Shown: piece by piece, positions 39,122-49,329 of the stretch
Layout of the letters: the number at the start of each line of letters is the position of its first letter
Position numbering within the stretch: position 1 is the stretch's first letter
Source of the DNA: Negativicutes bacterium
GTDB taxonomy: Bacteria > Bacillota > Negativicutes > UBA1444
Assembly: GCA_963665275.2 (NCBI GenBank)
Contig: CAXXIN010000018.1
Location: forward strand, 224,001-288,000
Length of the DNA: 64,000 bases
Direction of reading: 5' to 3'
Notes under the pieces: model-generated
The model's input: the letters and a program-made list of their open reading frames with translations, nothing else
The model's database searches: none
What the model was told of the DNA's origin: nothing
Position numbers and translations under genes: made by a program

Positions 39122-39586
39122 CTATTTTCGTTCCGAAAGTTCGGATAGCAGTTCCAAGGAAGAGGCTAGTAGACCGGACGGCTCCATGAAAAATACACGG
39201 GATGTCATCTCGGGGCAGTTTTGGTAAATCTCTTTCGCATGCTGTTGACAGGCGGATGTGCGAGGAACGAGCTTGCGGAATTGGAATGCGGGCTTTTCTG
39301 GCGGATTTTCGTCGTTGTCGAGACCGAGAGCTGTTAAAGCCATGACGAGAAAGTCGTCATCATCAAAAGCCTCTGGGAATTTTTGCGGGTTTGCCAAACA
39401 GGTTTCTATGTCTAGAACCTCGTACAAGTAAATGGTTGGATGAGAGCTTTTTATGTCCATAGTGAAAAGGTAGGGGCCTTCCTCACGGTAGTATAAAGGC
39501 TGGGTAATTCGATCATAGTTCTTGGAGTTTGTCTGAATAAACCAGGACGCCATTTCGGATGTTGTCAAATATAACAGCCCTTTCAT
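39122..39586 (-). CDS. hypothetical protein
   Basis: 154-aa ORF with no recognised motif. Confidence 0.5.
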   Translation of the reverse strand: MKGLLYLTTSEMASWFIQTNSKNYDRITQPLYYREEGPYLFTMDIKSSHPTIYLYEVLDIETCLANPQKFPEAFDDDDFLVMALTALGLDNDENPPEKPAFQFRKLVPRTSACQQHAKEIYQNCPEMTSRVFFMEPSGLLASSLELLSELSERK

Positions 39587-40106
39587 AAATTGATATTAGA
39601 TTATTTTTCATTATACTCCTATGAAATCTGTTTAGTCGGATGAGGTGACAAGATTTATAGTCGAAAAGTGTATAACATATTGAAGCCTACGGATTTCGAC
39701 TGGACGCGATCAGGGCTGCCAGTAAACGACGCCGTCGTTTTCCATGTAGCAGCGGTCAAGGGAGATCTTGCGCCGATTGGTGCCGGCCGGACACGTTTCT
39801 CCTTCATAGCTGTTTGCGCATGAAATTATTGTATCGTTGTTGAATGCCTAATTTGATCGCATGATTGAGCGATTCTATTTCCAGGGTGCATCCAGTGTAG
39901 TACTTTCTCCATTGTTGTAGTCGCCTCCTACTTGTTGGCGCATAAGATCTTCACGATCTCACAGTTATAACTATACATTTAAAGCATACCGACAGGAGAG
40001 CCCTCAAAAAAGTAGCCTTTTGGCAGTAACGTCACTTTAATTAGGCAAGACCAAGGGCCTGCATTGCTGCAAACCCTTGGTCTTTTTAGAGCAATAGAAG
40101 CGTTTT

Positions 40107-40359
40107 TGTCACCGCCAGGCTATAATTGACCGCAGCGCCGGGCAGAAATTGACCCACACCAAAACCATAAGCTACCATTCGGATTGCAAGATCGCCAAGG
40201 AGGTAGCAGATGATAAGGAGTGGGCTGATACTCATGATAAGACAAAAAGTACAAGCCGGTCAATCCTCGTATTCAATCGGCAAGGAATTAGGGATATCCA
40301 AGAACACTGCAAAGAAATATTCCACCAACCCTGTAAAGGAGCCAAAACAGCCGGGATGA
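40107..40359 (+). mobile_element. IS21-family left end with truncated istA (40210-40359)
   Basis: TGTC terminus with repeated AATTGACC boxes and an AAGGAGGT RBS. MIRSGLILMIRQKVQAGQSSYSIGKELGISKNTAKKY matches the IstA N-terminal HTH. Confidence 0.75.
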
Positions 40360-40427
40360 ATCGGCCCAGAGTTGCGGTGATTCCAAAGAATCTCCCCTGG
40401 GTAATTTCTATCCCGGCTGTTTTGGCT
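40340..40427. repeat. perfect 18-bp inverted repeat with a 52-bp spacer
   Basis: AGCCAAAACAGCCGGGAT (40340-40357) / ATCCCGGCTGTTTTGGCT (40410-40427). Confidence 0.9.
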
Positions 40428-40551
40428 ATCTTCATCCAGTCCTTGGTTATTCAAACCGAAGGGTACAACCCAAGGGGTAAGAAAAAGGAAATCGGCGATT
40501 CAGGTAGAAGGAAAGTTAAGTACGTATCGTTTGAAAGAAAGAGGATGCTAG

Positions 40552-41424
40552 ATGGAAGACCGCGACTGGTTGATCATTAAAGAGCTTCATGAATACAAGA
40601 ATATTACCAAAACTGCCCAGGCGCTATTTATTTCACAGCCGTATCTGACCACCCGCATTCGGCAAATCGAGGACGAGCTCGGCGTGAAGATGATCTACCG
40701 CGGCAGCCGTGGCATTCATTTCACGACGGAGGGGGATTATCTGGCCCAGTGTGCGCAGGAAATGCTGCTGAACATTCGCCGGATCAAGGAGCAGGTCGTC
40801 AGCATGGGGACCGAGGTCAAGGGCACGATCCGGGTCGGCGCGTCGAATTATCTGTCCAAATACAAGATTCCGCGTCTGCTCGGTCTGTTCAAGGAGCGTT
40901 ACCCGCAAGTGGAGTTCAATGTCTCCACGTCGCTGAGCAAGGATGTGTGCGGGCGATTGTACAATCAAGATGTGCATATGGGGTTCGTGCGCTCGGATTT
41001 TGGCTGGCGCGGCGAGAAGCACGTTTTGTACGAGGAGCCGGTATGCATCGCGTCGACGAAAAAGGTGACATTGGCTGATCTGCCGGGGTTGCCGCGCATT
41101 GATTATCATACGGATGACACCTTCAAGAGCGAAATGGATGAATGGTGGCTTGAGACTTTTACCAAACCGCCGACGATCGGCATGACGGTAGGGTATATCG
41201 ATGTTTGCCGCTCCATGGTGGCCAACGGCCTAGGCTATGCCATCGTTCCGGCATCCTTGATCGACGGCCTGGCGCCGATGCATAGGATTCCCATTGCCCA
41301 CCGCGACGGCCAGCCGATCCTGCGCAAAACCTGGATGCTGTATCACAAGGAGATGCTGGAGCTAAAAATTGTGCGGCTGTTTTTGGACTTTGCCAAAACT
41401 GTGGATTATGCGGAATTGACGTAA
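40552..41424 (+). CDS. LysR-family regulator
   Basis: NITKTAQALFISQPYLTTRIRQIEDELG HTH; FTTEG. Confidence 0.93.
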   Translation: MEDRDWLIIKELHEYKNITKTAQALFISQPYLTTRIRQIEDELGVKMIYRGSRGIHFTTEGDYLAQCAQEMLLNIRRIKEQVVSMGTEVKGTIRVGASNYLSKYKIPRLLGLFKERYPQVEFNVSTSLSKDVCGRLYNQDVHMGFVRSDFGWRGEKHVLYEEPVCIASTKKVTLADLPGLPRIDYHTDDTFKSEMDEWWLETFTKPPTIGMTVGYIDVCRSMVANGLGYAIVPASLIDGLAPMHRIPIAHRDGQPILRKTWMLYHKEMLELKIVRLFLDFAKTVDYAELT

Positions 41425-41588
41425 GCGACGAAAGAATGGTCCTTGCCGTAATGAGGATTTGCGGCGGGGACTTTTTTTGTCGGCATAGCTATTTGCAATG
41501 CCCCCCATTCCACATACATATTTCTAATTTTTCTGAATCATGTATATGATTAAACAGGAAAAAGAGTGAAAGCAAAAGGGGGATTTTC

Positions 41589-42983
41589 ATGTTAGTACGT
41601 TGGTTGAGTTTAGCAATTGTTCCAATCATTATTTTGCTGACGCCGGTTCCTGCCGGATTAACGCCGGAGGCGTGGAAGATTTTCGCCGTTTACTGCGCGG
41701 CAATTTTGGGGTTGATCCTCAGACCGGCGAGTGAATCGGTCGTTATGATAACGGTGATTGCATTCGGTTCGCTGATTGTTCCGGTAGGGAAAATGCTCAG
41801 CGGCTATGCATCGACTACCGTTTGGCTGGTATTCTCGGCTTTTTTGATCAGTCAGGCTTTTGCCGATACGGGTCTCGGGAAACGGGTCGCGTATCTTCTG
41901 ATCGGCCGTTTCGGCAAGTCCGCCATGGGGCTGGTGTATAGCGAAACAATCACCGATTTTTTGCTCAGCCCGGCGACTCCGTCCAATACCGCCCGCTCCG
42001 GCGGCATTGTCTATCCTATTTTCCGCAACGTTGCCAGCGCTCTCGGCTCTGAGCCCGGTCCGACCGGACGCAAGATCGGCTCGTTTTTGACGTTGTCCAC
42101 CTACGGCATCAGCATGTCGACTTCGGCGCTGTTCATTACCGCTTGCGCCCCGAATGTCTTAACGGTCGCTTTTGCCAAAAACATTATGAAAGTGGATATT
42201 TCCTGGATGCAATGGATGGTGGCGTTCATTGTGCCCGGCCTGCTTGTCCTGATTGCAGTTCCGTACATTATCTATAAAATGTACCCGCCGGAAATGACCC
42301 GGATCAGCAATGCGGGCGAACTTTCGCGCCAAGGGCTGGCGGAGCTGGGGCCGATTACATCGAAAGAAAAGCTGCTGATCGTAGTATTCATTTTGGCGAT
42401 CATCGGTTGGGCGACCGGCAATATTACCAAGATCGATGCAACCGTCATCGCGCTCTTATTCTTTAGCATCTGTGCGATTTTCAAACTGATTTCCTGGGAT
42501 AACGTGCTGAAAAACACGGGAGCCTGGAGCACGTTGATCTGGTATGGTGCGATCATCGGGTTGTCCGGGATTCTGGCGCAAGCCAAGTTCTTCACCTGGT
42601 TGGCCAAGCTGACGGCGGACAATGTCCATTTGGCCGGGTTCAATGTTTATCTGGTGTTGTTCACTCTCGTAGTGATCAGCTTATTGGTGCGTTACATTTT
42701 TGCCTCCATGGGCGCTTATGTGGGCGCGTTTATTCCGGTGCTGTTCACGATCGGGCTGGCGGCGCAGGCTCCGGCGATGCCGTTGGCTTTGCTGATTGCT
42801 TCTTCGGCTGCGTATGGCTGCCTATTGACTCATTACGGCGGCGCGGTCGGCCCGGTGCTGTTCGGTACGGGGTATGTCGATCAAAAAACGTGGTGGAAGG
42901 TCGGCGCCGTATTGGCTGCGTTCAATGTAGCGGTTTATATGATCATTGGGCTTCCCTATTGGAAAATCATCGGATTGTGGTAG
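41589..42983 (+). CDS. DASS-family di/tricarboxylate transporter (CitT/TtdT-like)
   Basis: TGLGKRVA, PSNTARSGG and LTHYG...FGTGYV...WWKVG. Confidence 0.92.
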   Translation: MLVRWLSLAIVPIIILLTPVPAGLTPEAWKIFAVYCAAILGLILRPASESVVMITVIAFGSLIVPVGKMLSGYASTTVWLVFSAFLISQAFADTGLGKRVAYLLIGRFGKSAMGLVYSETITDFLLSPATPSNTARSGGIVYPIFRNVASALGSEPGPTGRKIGSFLTLSTYGISMSTSALFITACAPNVLTVAFAKNIMKVDISWMQWMVAFIVPGLLVLIAVPYIIYKMYPPEMTRISNAGELSRQGLAELGPITSKEKLLIVVFILAIIGWATGNITKIDATVIALLFFSICAIFKLISWDNVLKNTGAWSTLIWYGAIIGLSGILAQAKFFTWLAKLTADNVHLAGFNVYLVLFTLVVISLLVRYIFASMGAYVGAFIPVLFTIGLAAQAPAMPLALLIASSAAYGCLLTHYGGAVGPVLFGTGYVDQKTWWKVGAVLAAFNVAVYMIIGLPYWKIIGLW

Positions 42984-42995
42984 GAGGCGATACAC

Positions 42996-44123
42996 GTGAA
43001 AGTGGATATTGCGATTCGTAATGGCAAGGTAGTGGACCCGGCGGCCCACCGTGAGGGGTTAGGCGATATTTACATCCAGAATGGGAAAATCGTCGCCGGC
43101 GGTGCGGACGTACAGGCGGACCACGAAATCGACGCGGCGGGGCAGCTCGTATTGCCGGGCTTGATTGACTATCATCTGCATGTGTTTCCCCAAGGCACGG
43201 ATATCGGCATTGACGCCGATTCCTCGCTGTTGCCGCAAGGGGTTACGACCGCTGTAGATGCCGGCAGCGCCGGGACCTCTAATTTCGCGGCATTTCGGGA
43301 GTTGGTGGCGGAGCGGAGCACCACGCGCATCAAGGCGTTCATCAACGTGTGCCCCGCAGGGCTGGCCACGAGCCAATATCATGAAAATGTCGACCCGAAG
43401 TATTGGAACCGAGCGGGGATCCGCAAGATCCTCGAACAGTATCCCGAATTCGTTCAGGGGATCAAGATCCGAATCAGTCGGGCCATCGTGCAGGAACTGG
43501 GCATGAAACCGCTGGAAGAAGCGGTCAAGCTAGCCGCAGAAGCCGGAACCCGCCTGGCGGTGCACTCGACGGACCCGACAGGAACCATGGCGGATATCGC
43601 CAGTTGCCTGCGCGCCGGGGATATTCTGGTGCATTGCTTCCATGGAACCGGCCATACCCTCGTGGATGGGGAGGGGAAAATTCACGAACCGATCTGGCAG
43701 GCGCGGCGTCGCGGCGTGGTGATGGATGCGGCGAACGGGCGGAACCACTGGGCGTTTGCCGTGGCTGAGGCAGCGCTGGCGCAGGGGTTTGCACCGGATA
43801 TCATCTCGACGGACCTGACGGGGCGGACCTTGTTTCGCGACCCCGTATTCGGGTTGCCCTATCTGATGTCTAAATACCTCATGCTGGGGATGTCGCTGCC
43901 TGACGTCGTCACCGCCTGCACGGTGAAACCGGCGGAATTGCTGGGAATGACCGGAGTGATCGGGACACTGGCGCCGGGAGCGTTGGCGGATGTCAGCGTA
44001 TTTAGCTTAGCAGACAAGACGGTGGATTTCGCTGATACCCAAAGGGTCGTGAAACAAGGAAAAGTGCTCCTTAGCCCACGGCTCACCCTCAGCGGCGGCA
44101 AAATCGTATTTCGCAGTTTATAA
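42996..44123 (+). CDS. metal-dependent amidohydrolase (dihydroorotase-like deacetylase subfamily)
   Basis: PGLIDYHLH, GVTTAVDAGSAG, GIKIR, HCFHG and PDIISTD. Confidence 0.88.
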   Translation: MKVDIAIRNGKVVDPAAHREGLGDIYIQNGKIVAGGADVQADHEIDAAGQLVLPGLIDYHLHVFPQGTDIGIDADSSLLPQGVTTAVDAGSAGTSNFAAFRELVAERSTTRIKAFINVCPAGLATSQYHENVDPKYWNRAGIRKILEQYPEFVQGIKIRISRAIVQELGMKPLEEAVKLAAEAGTRLAVHSTDPTGTMADIASCLRAGDILVHCFHGTGHTLVDGEGKIHEPIWQARRRGVVMDAANGRNHWAFAVAEAALAQGFAPDIISTDLTGRTLFRDPVFGLPYLMSKYLMLGMSLPDVVTACTVKPAELLGMTGVIGTLAPGALADVSVFSLADKTVDFADTQRVVKQGKVLLSPRLTLSGGKIVFRSL

Positions 44124-44143
44124 CCCAACTTAATTTTCTTCAC

Positions 44144-45043
44144 ATGGGAGGCGAAAGTGCTTTGGATTATTCAACGACTTTATCAACAGTAGTGCCCAAT
44201 TCCAGCGGAACAGCGGTTCCCCGCACGGCTACTCCGCTTCACGCGTGCGACTCGCACATTCACATCGTGGATGAGCGCTTTGCTTCGAATATGGTTGCCA
44301 TGCCCGGCTCAACCGTTGCCGATTACCGCTGGCTGCAACGCAGGTTGGGAACCTCGCGAGCGGTTATTGTGCAGCCGAAAAACTATGGAACAGATAATAG
44401 TTGCACGCTGGATGCGATCGCTCAACTCGGGATTGAAAATGCCCGAGGCATTGGCGTGGTTTACCCGGATGTCACGGATGGGCAGTTGCAGCGAATGGAT
44501 CAAGGCGGGATTCGCGGCTTGCGTTTCAGTCTCTGGAACGCCTCGAACAATGTCACGACGATTGATATGGTTCTTCCCTTGGCTCAGCGGATCGACAGCC
44601 TGGGCTGGCATGTGCAACTGCATATGTCCGGTGACCAGCTGCTCGCCAATACCCAGCTGCTGGATAGCATTCCCTGTCCCATCGTGATCGATCACATGGG
44701 CAGGATGCCGGTGGCTGCCGGGGCCGATCATCCGTCGTTTAAAATCATCACAGGTTTGATTGACCGGGGGCGCACCTGGGTGAAGCTGTCCGGCGCGTAT
44801 TTGAATACTGAATCCGGCCCTCCCGATTATGCGGACGCGACAGCGATTGCCAAAGCGTTTGCGGTTTATGCGCCGGAACGCATGGTCTGGGGCAGCGACT
44901 GGCCGCATGTGACGGAGAAGCAGGAACACAAGCCGGATGATGCGCAGCTGTTTGATTTGTTGGCGGAATGGATTCCTGATGAGAGCGCTCGCAAACGGGT
45001 ACTGGTGGACAATCCCGCCGCTCTCTATGGGTTCACACTGTAA
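44144..45043 (+). CDS. amidohydrolase_2 protein (LigI/galactarolactone isomerase-like lactonase)
   Basis: ACDSHIH, VQPKNYGTDN, GWHVQ, IDHMG, WVKLSG and WGSDWPH. Confidence 0.85.
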   Translation: MGGESALDYSTTLSTVVPNSSGTAVPRTATPLHACDSHIHIVDERFASNMVAMPGSTVADYRWLQRRLGTSRAVIVQPKNYGTDNSCTLDAIAQLGIENARGIGVVYPDVTDGQLQRMDQGGIRGLRFSLWNASNNVTTIDMVLPLAQRIDSLGWHVQLHMSGDQLLANTQLLDSIPCPIVIDHMGRMPVAAGADHPSFKIITGLIDRGRTWVKLSGAYLNTESGPPDYADATAIAKAFAVYAPERMVWGSDWPHVTEKQEHKPDDAQLFDLLAEWIPDESARKRVLVDNPAALYGFTL

Positions 45044-45094
45044 GATCATACCGGTAAGTTTCATGAAAGCCAAAAAAATGGAGGGGGAACGAAA

Positions 45095-46450
45095 ATGGGG
45101 TTAAGTATCTGGTCGTTGATTGCGTATATCGCCGCTATTATTTTCTGGAATTCGAAAATGAAGCGCAACATCGGTGAGGCTATGGTCGTGGGCTGGGTTG
45201 TAGTGCTGCTGTTCGGCGGCAGCAAAATATTGGATCTTTTGCTGAAAAGCTTGGAATTCGCCGCTACGCAGGAAACAGTTTACGCAGCGTTGGCGTTTGT
45301 CTTCATGGCGTTTGTCATGACCAAAACCGGCTTGGTGAACCGCATGGTAGATATTCTTAACTCGACTCTAGGCCGCATCCCCGGTGGGGCCGGATATATT
45401 TCCACCTTGGCGAGTGCGTTGATGGGCCTGATTTCCGGCTCCGGGTCCGGGAACGCGGCGGCGGTCGGCTCCGTCACGATTCCTTGGATGGTTAAATCCA
45501 ACTGGTCGCCGCAACTGAGCGCGACGATGGTGTCGGGGAACGCCGGTCTGGGGATCGCCTTGCCGCCTTGTTCTTCGATGTTTCTACTGCTCGGGCTGGG
45601 CGTCGTGGCCGAAAAATTGACGACTGGCTCGCTCTATGTTGCCCTGCTTAGCGCCGGACTATGGACACTGCTGTATCGGCTCATTTTGGTCCGTTGGTTC
45701 GTCTATCGTTACAATATCGAGCCGTTGCCGAGAGATATGATCAAGCCGTTCGGCCAGACCTTCCGGGATGGTTGGACCTCGCTACTGATCTTCGCAGGCA
45801 TCATCATTCCTGTGGGCCTGACCATCGGACCGGTGGCTGAGGCACTGGAAGCGGTCAAGTCCTTTGGCCCCAAAGGAATGAAAAGCATTTCAATCATCGT
45901 CTGGATACCGGTTCTGATCAGTTGGATCGCTATTTTCGAAGGGCGCAAATATCTGCCCAAAACGGCATCGGGAATGTATAATCTCATTCAATCTTCGGCG
46001 AAACGTTATGTTGTTGTGGGCGCGACACTGTTCTTTGCGTTTGCGGCCGGGGAAGTAATGACCCGGTTGGGCTTGGCCAAGGATATGATGGTTATTTTGC
46101 AATCCCTGCAACTCTCGCCGCTGCTCATGATCGTGCTCGTAGGAATCTTGGTAACCGTGATCGGCGGACCGCTTACATCCACCGCCACGGTTGTGGCGAT
46201 TGGCTCGGTTTCTTTCTCCGCGCTGATTTACGCCGGAGTGCATCCGGCAACGGCTGCGGCGGTCATCCTGATTTTTTCTTCCACCGAAGGAGCGACACCA
46301 CCTGGCGCTGCACCGATATTCATTGCCTGCGGCATTGCCAATGTCGACCCGGTGAAAACCTTCATACCCCTTATCTTGTACTATGTTTTGCCGATCCTGG
46401 TGATCGGTGTCCTGATTGCACTGGGCTTATTGCCGACATTGGTCATGTAG
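45095..46450 (+). CDS. TRAP large-permease (DctM-like/IT superfamily) membrane protein
   Basis: ISGSGSGNAAAVG, LGIALPP and GATPP; 11-12 TM helices. Confidence 0.75.
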   Translation: MGLSIWSLIAYIAAIIFWNSKMKRNIGEAMVVGWVVVLLFGGSKILDLLLKSLEFAATQETVYAALAFVFMAFVMTKTGLVNRMVDILNSTLGRIPGGAGYISTLASALMGLISGSGSGNAAAVGSVTIPWMVKSNWSPQLSATMVSGNAGLGIALPPCSSMFLLLGLGVVAEKLTTGSLYVALLSAGLWTLLYRLILVRWFVYRYNIEPLPRDMIKPFGQTFRDGWTSLLIFAGIIIPVGLTIGPVAEALEAVKSFGPKGMKSISIIVWIPVLISWIAIFEGRKYLPKTASGMYNLIQSSAKRYVVVGATLFFAFAAGEVMTRLGLAKDMMVILQSLQLSPLLMIVLVGILVTVIGGPLTSTATVVAIGSVSFSALIYAGVHPATAAAVILIFSSTEGATPPGAAPIFIACGIANVDPVKTFIPLILYYVLPILVIGVLIALGLLPTLVM

Positions 46451-46462
46451 GAGGGAAGCAGC

Positions 46463-46696
46463 ATGGATATTTTGCGAAAAGGACTGAACGTCCTGTTTGT
46501 TTGCGGCGTTGTGGTTTTCATGACTCTGGGAACGGTCATTGTTCTGGTGCAGGCGTACAGCATCGTTACCGCCAACGGGGCGTTGGCCGTGAAGGCAATG
46601 AAAACGATCGGGAAGCCGGCGTTTATTGTTGCGTCGCTAACCGGAGTCATTGGTTTTGTTCAAGGTTACATCAACGGTTGGGAAATGGGAGACTAG
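46463..46696 (+). CDS. small 2-TM membrane protein
   Basis: GGAGG RBS and two hydrophobic segments; within the operon. Confidence 0.7.
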   Translation: MDILRKGLNVLFVCGVVVFMTLGTVIVLVQAYSIVTANGALAVKAMKTIGKPAFIVASLTGVIGFVQGYINGWEMGD

Positions 46697-46699
46697 AAA

Positions 46700-47656
46700 G
46701 TGGAAGGGAGATCGGTCAAATTGTTGAATTACACGCAGGAGGTGGTTCGTCGGTCCCGCTTGATCGTACCGGCGAATTCGCCCAAGTTTTTGGATAAGGC
46801 TTATGCCCGCAATGCCGACGCCATCGTTTTGGATTTGGAAGACAGTGTCCCACAAGCGGAAAAGGTGCCTACCCGTCAAACGATCAGAGCGTCAATCCCG
46901 TTAGTAGGCAAAGGCGCCAGCGATGTTATGGTGCGCGTCAATCACACGAGTGAATTGCTGCGGGGAGACGTGGAGGCGGCGATATGGCCGGGCGTATACG
47001 GGATCGTATTTCCGAAGGTGGAGAGTGCCGCCGAAATTCATGAAATCGAAAAACTGATTGCCGAGCTGGAACAACAGCGGAATATCCCGGTGGGGACGAT
47101 TAAGATTTCGGTTTTGATTGAATCGGGTACCGGCTATCTGAACATGAACGAGATTGCCAAGGCGAGTGAGCGGGTCGATTCGCTGACGATCGGCAATGAG
47201 GATTTCCTCAGTGATCTCGGGATCGTAGCCAACGAACACACGTATCATGCGCTGTTGGTGCCGCGAATCCAGTTGGTCATCACGGCCCGGGCGAACCAAA
47301 AGATCCCGATGGGCTTGATCGGCTCGCTGGCCAATTACAATGATGCCAATGCTTTCGAGCAAAGCGCCATTTTGGCGTATCAACACGGTTATCTGGGCGC
47401 CAGCTGCATCAACCCGCGCAATGTGGACACCCTGAATCAATGCTTCTCACCCAGTTCTGCGGAGCTGTTGCGGGCGGAACGCCTTATCGTCGCTTTTGAT
47501 GCCGCGCTGGCAGAGGGCAAGGGCGCCACGACGTTTGAAGGCAAGATGATCGATTATGTCCACTATGAAAAAGCGAAGAAGATTATAACCCGTCAGGAAC
47601 TGATCAATAAGGTCGAACGCAAAAAACAACAGGCCCGTGAAGCTCAGCAAAGGTAG
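46700..47656 (+). CDS. CitE-like acyl-CoA lyase (HpcH/HpaI family)
   Basis: RSRLIVPA, DAIVLDLEDSV, VRVN, PKVES, LIES and GKMID. Confidence 0.88.
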   Translation: MEGRSVKLLNYTQEVVRRSRLIVPANSPKFLDKAYARNADAIVLDLEDSVPQAEKVPTRQTIRASIPLVGKGASDVMVRVNHTSELLRGDVEAAIWPGVYGIVFPKVESAAEIHEIEKLIAELEQQRNIPVGTIKISVLIESGTGYLNMNEIAKASERVDSLTIGNEDFLSDLGIVANEHTYHALLVPRIQLVITARANQKIPMGLIGSLANYNDANAFEQSAILAYQHGYLGASCINPRNVDTLNQCFSPSSAELLRAERLIVAFDAALAEGKGATTFEGKMIDYVHYEKAKKIITRQELINKVERKKQQAREAQQR

Positions 47657-47667
47657 GTGTAAGTGAA

Positions 47668-49161
47668 ATGAAAAATGCTGCAGGGCGTGAAATTCCTGCC
47701 GAGGTCGCAGGGAAAAAAATAACCCCGTATGGCGGGGCGCTGGCGTGCATCCCAAGTAGCGAAAAAGTTCTGCAATCCATTGAAGACGCTATCGATGCGG
47801 TAGGATTGCGCGATGGGATGACGATCTCTTTTCATCATCATATGCGCAACGGCGATTATGTGATGAAACTGGTCGTGGATGCGATTGCCCGCAAGGGAAT
47901 CAAGGGACTGAAACTATCCGCCAGTTCGCTGAGCGCGGTTCAGGACAGCTTGTTGCCGCACTTGGAGTCAGGAGTCATTACGGCTCTGGACACCAGCGGC
48001 ATCCGCGGCGAGCTCGGCAAATTCGTGTCGGCAGGCAAACTGCCGAATCCGGTCATGATCCGAACGCACGGCGGGCGGGCGAGGGCGATCGAGTCCGGCG
48101 AACTGCCCATCGACGTGGCGTTTATCAGCGCCCCGACTTGTGACACGTTTGGCAATATCAACGGGGTGGAAGGCCCGGCGGCCTGCGGGTCCATGGGGTA
48201 TGCGATGGTCGATGCCGCCCACGCCGCCAAAGTCGTGGCCATCACCGACAATCTGGCGCCGCATCCGCTGCACCGCATCAGCATTCCCCAGACCCAGGTA
48301 AACTATATTGTCAAAGTGGATTCGATCGGCGATCCGAAGGGGATCAGCACCGGCTCCTTGCGCATCAGCACCGATCCCAAGGAATTGCTGATATCGGAAT
48401 ATGCCGCCACGGTGATCGAGCACTCCGGTTATTTTAAACAAGGCTTTTCGTTCCAACTGGGGAGCGGTGGCGCTTCGTTGTCCGCCGCCAAATTTATCCG
48501 GGAAAAAATGCTGGCCTCGGGAATTACCGCAGCTTTTGGCGTAGGCGGCATCACCGGACTGTTCGTCGAGATGATGGAGGAAGGGCTGGTGGAACTGCTG
48601 TTTGACGCCCAGAGCTTTGACAGCAAATCGATCGAGTCCCTGCGCAAAAACCCCCGGCATCTGGAGATGTCAGCTGCCTATTACGCGAGCCCCGGTAATT
48701 GCGGCCCGATCGTCAATAATGTCGATGTCGTCATCTTGAGCGCGACCGAAGTGGACATTCATTTCAACGTGAATGTGCTCACCGGCTCCAACGGCAAGCT
48801 GATGGGAGCTCCCGGCGGACACCCGGACACTGCGGCGGGCTCCAAACTCTGCATCGTCACGTTGCCGCTAATGCGAAAAAACTTCTCGGTCATTCGGGAA
48901 GCGGTGCACACCATCGTTACCCCCGGCGAAACGATCGATGTGATCGTAACGGACCGCGGTGTGGCCATCAATCCCCTGCGGCAGGATTTGATCAGCAATT
49001 TGAAAGACTCCGGACTACCGATTCTGCCGATCGAAGAGCTGTGGAAGTTGGGCAATGAGCTGGCGGGACCGGCGGAAGCCGCGCCTGTTGGCGGAGATAT
49101 CGTCGGCCTGGTCGAGTACCGGGATGGAACGATCATCGATGTCATTCGGCAGCTTGGCTAA
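47668..49161 (+). CDS. citF: citrate lyase alpha chain-like CoA/ACP transferase
   Basis: ISFHHHMRNGD, THGGRARAIESG, CGSMGYA, GGHPDTA and VEYRDGTIIDV. Confidence 0.9.
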   Translation: MKNAAGREIPAEVAGKKITPYGGALACIPSSEKVLQSIEDAIDAVGLRDGMTISFHHHMRNGDYVMKLVVDAIARKGIKGLKLSASSLSAVQDSLLPHLESGVITALDTSGIRGELGKFVSAGKLPNPVMIRTHGGRARAIESGELPIDVAFISAPTCDTFGNINGVEGPAACGSMGYAMVDAAHAAKVVAITDNLAPHPLHRISIPQTQVNYIVKVDSIGDPKGISTGSLRISTDPKELLISEYAATVIEHSGYFKQGFSFQLGSGGASLSAAKFIREKMLASGITAAFGVGGITGLFVEMMEEGLVELLFDAQSFDSKSIESLRKNPRHLEMSAAYYASPGNCGPIVNNVDVVILSATEVDIHFNVNVLTGSNGKLMGAPGGHPDTAAGSKLCIVTLPLMRKNFSVIREAVHTIVTPGETIDVIVTDRGVAINPLRQDLISNLKDSGLPILPIEELWKLGNELAGPAEAAPVGGDIVGLVEYRDGTIIDVIRQLG

Positions 49162-49192
49162 TCACAGGGTAAACAATGAAATAATTGGATTG

Positions 49193-49237
49193 CAAAGCAA
49201 ATGACTGCGCCGTAACGGTAAGTCATTTGCTTTTTTT
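49193..49237 (+). terminator. intrinsic terminator
   Basis: aaagcaaatgact...agtcatttgcttt followed by a T run. Confidence 0.8.
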
Positions 49238-49247
49238 ACAAAACCCC

Positions 49248-49278
49248 TTGACTTGGAGTTAACTCATAGTAGTATAGT
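49248..49278 (+). promoter_or_regulatory. MerR-type promoter/operator
   Basis: TTGACT-19 bp-TATAGT with the dyad GAGTTAACTC in the spacer. Confidence 0.85.
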
Positions 49279-49329
49279 GTCGAATAACGGAGGTAATATA
49301 TAATGTTGGGCAACAGGAGGTGAACGGAT

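Noticed and set aside
40149-40580. 143-aa ORF from the track
   Set aside because: It overlaps the IS21 end and the istA fragment, which has the proper RBS in another frame; no protein motif.
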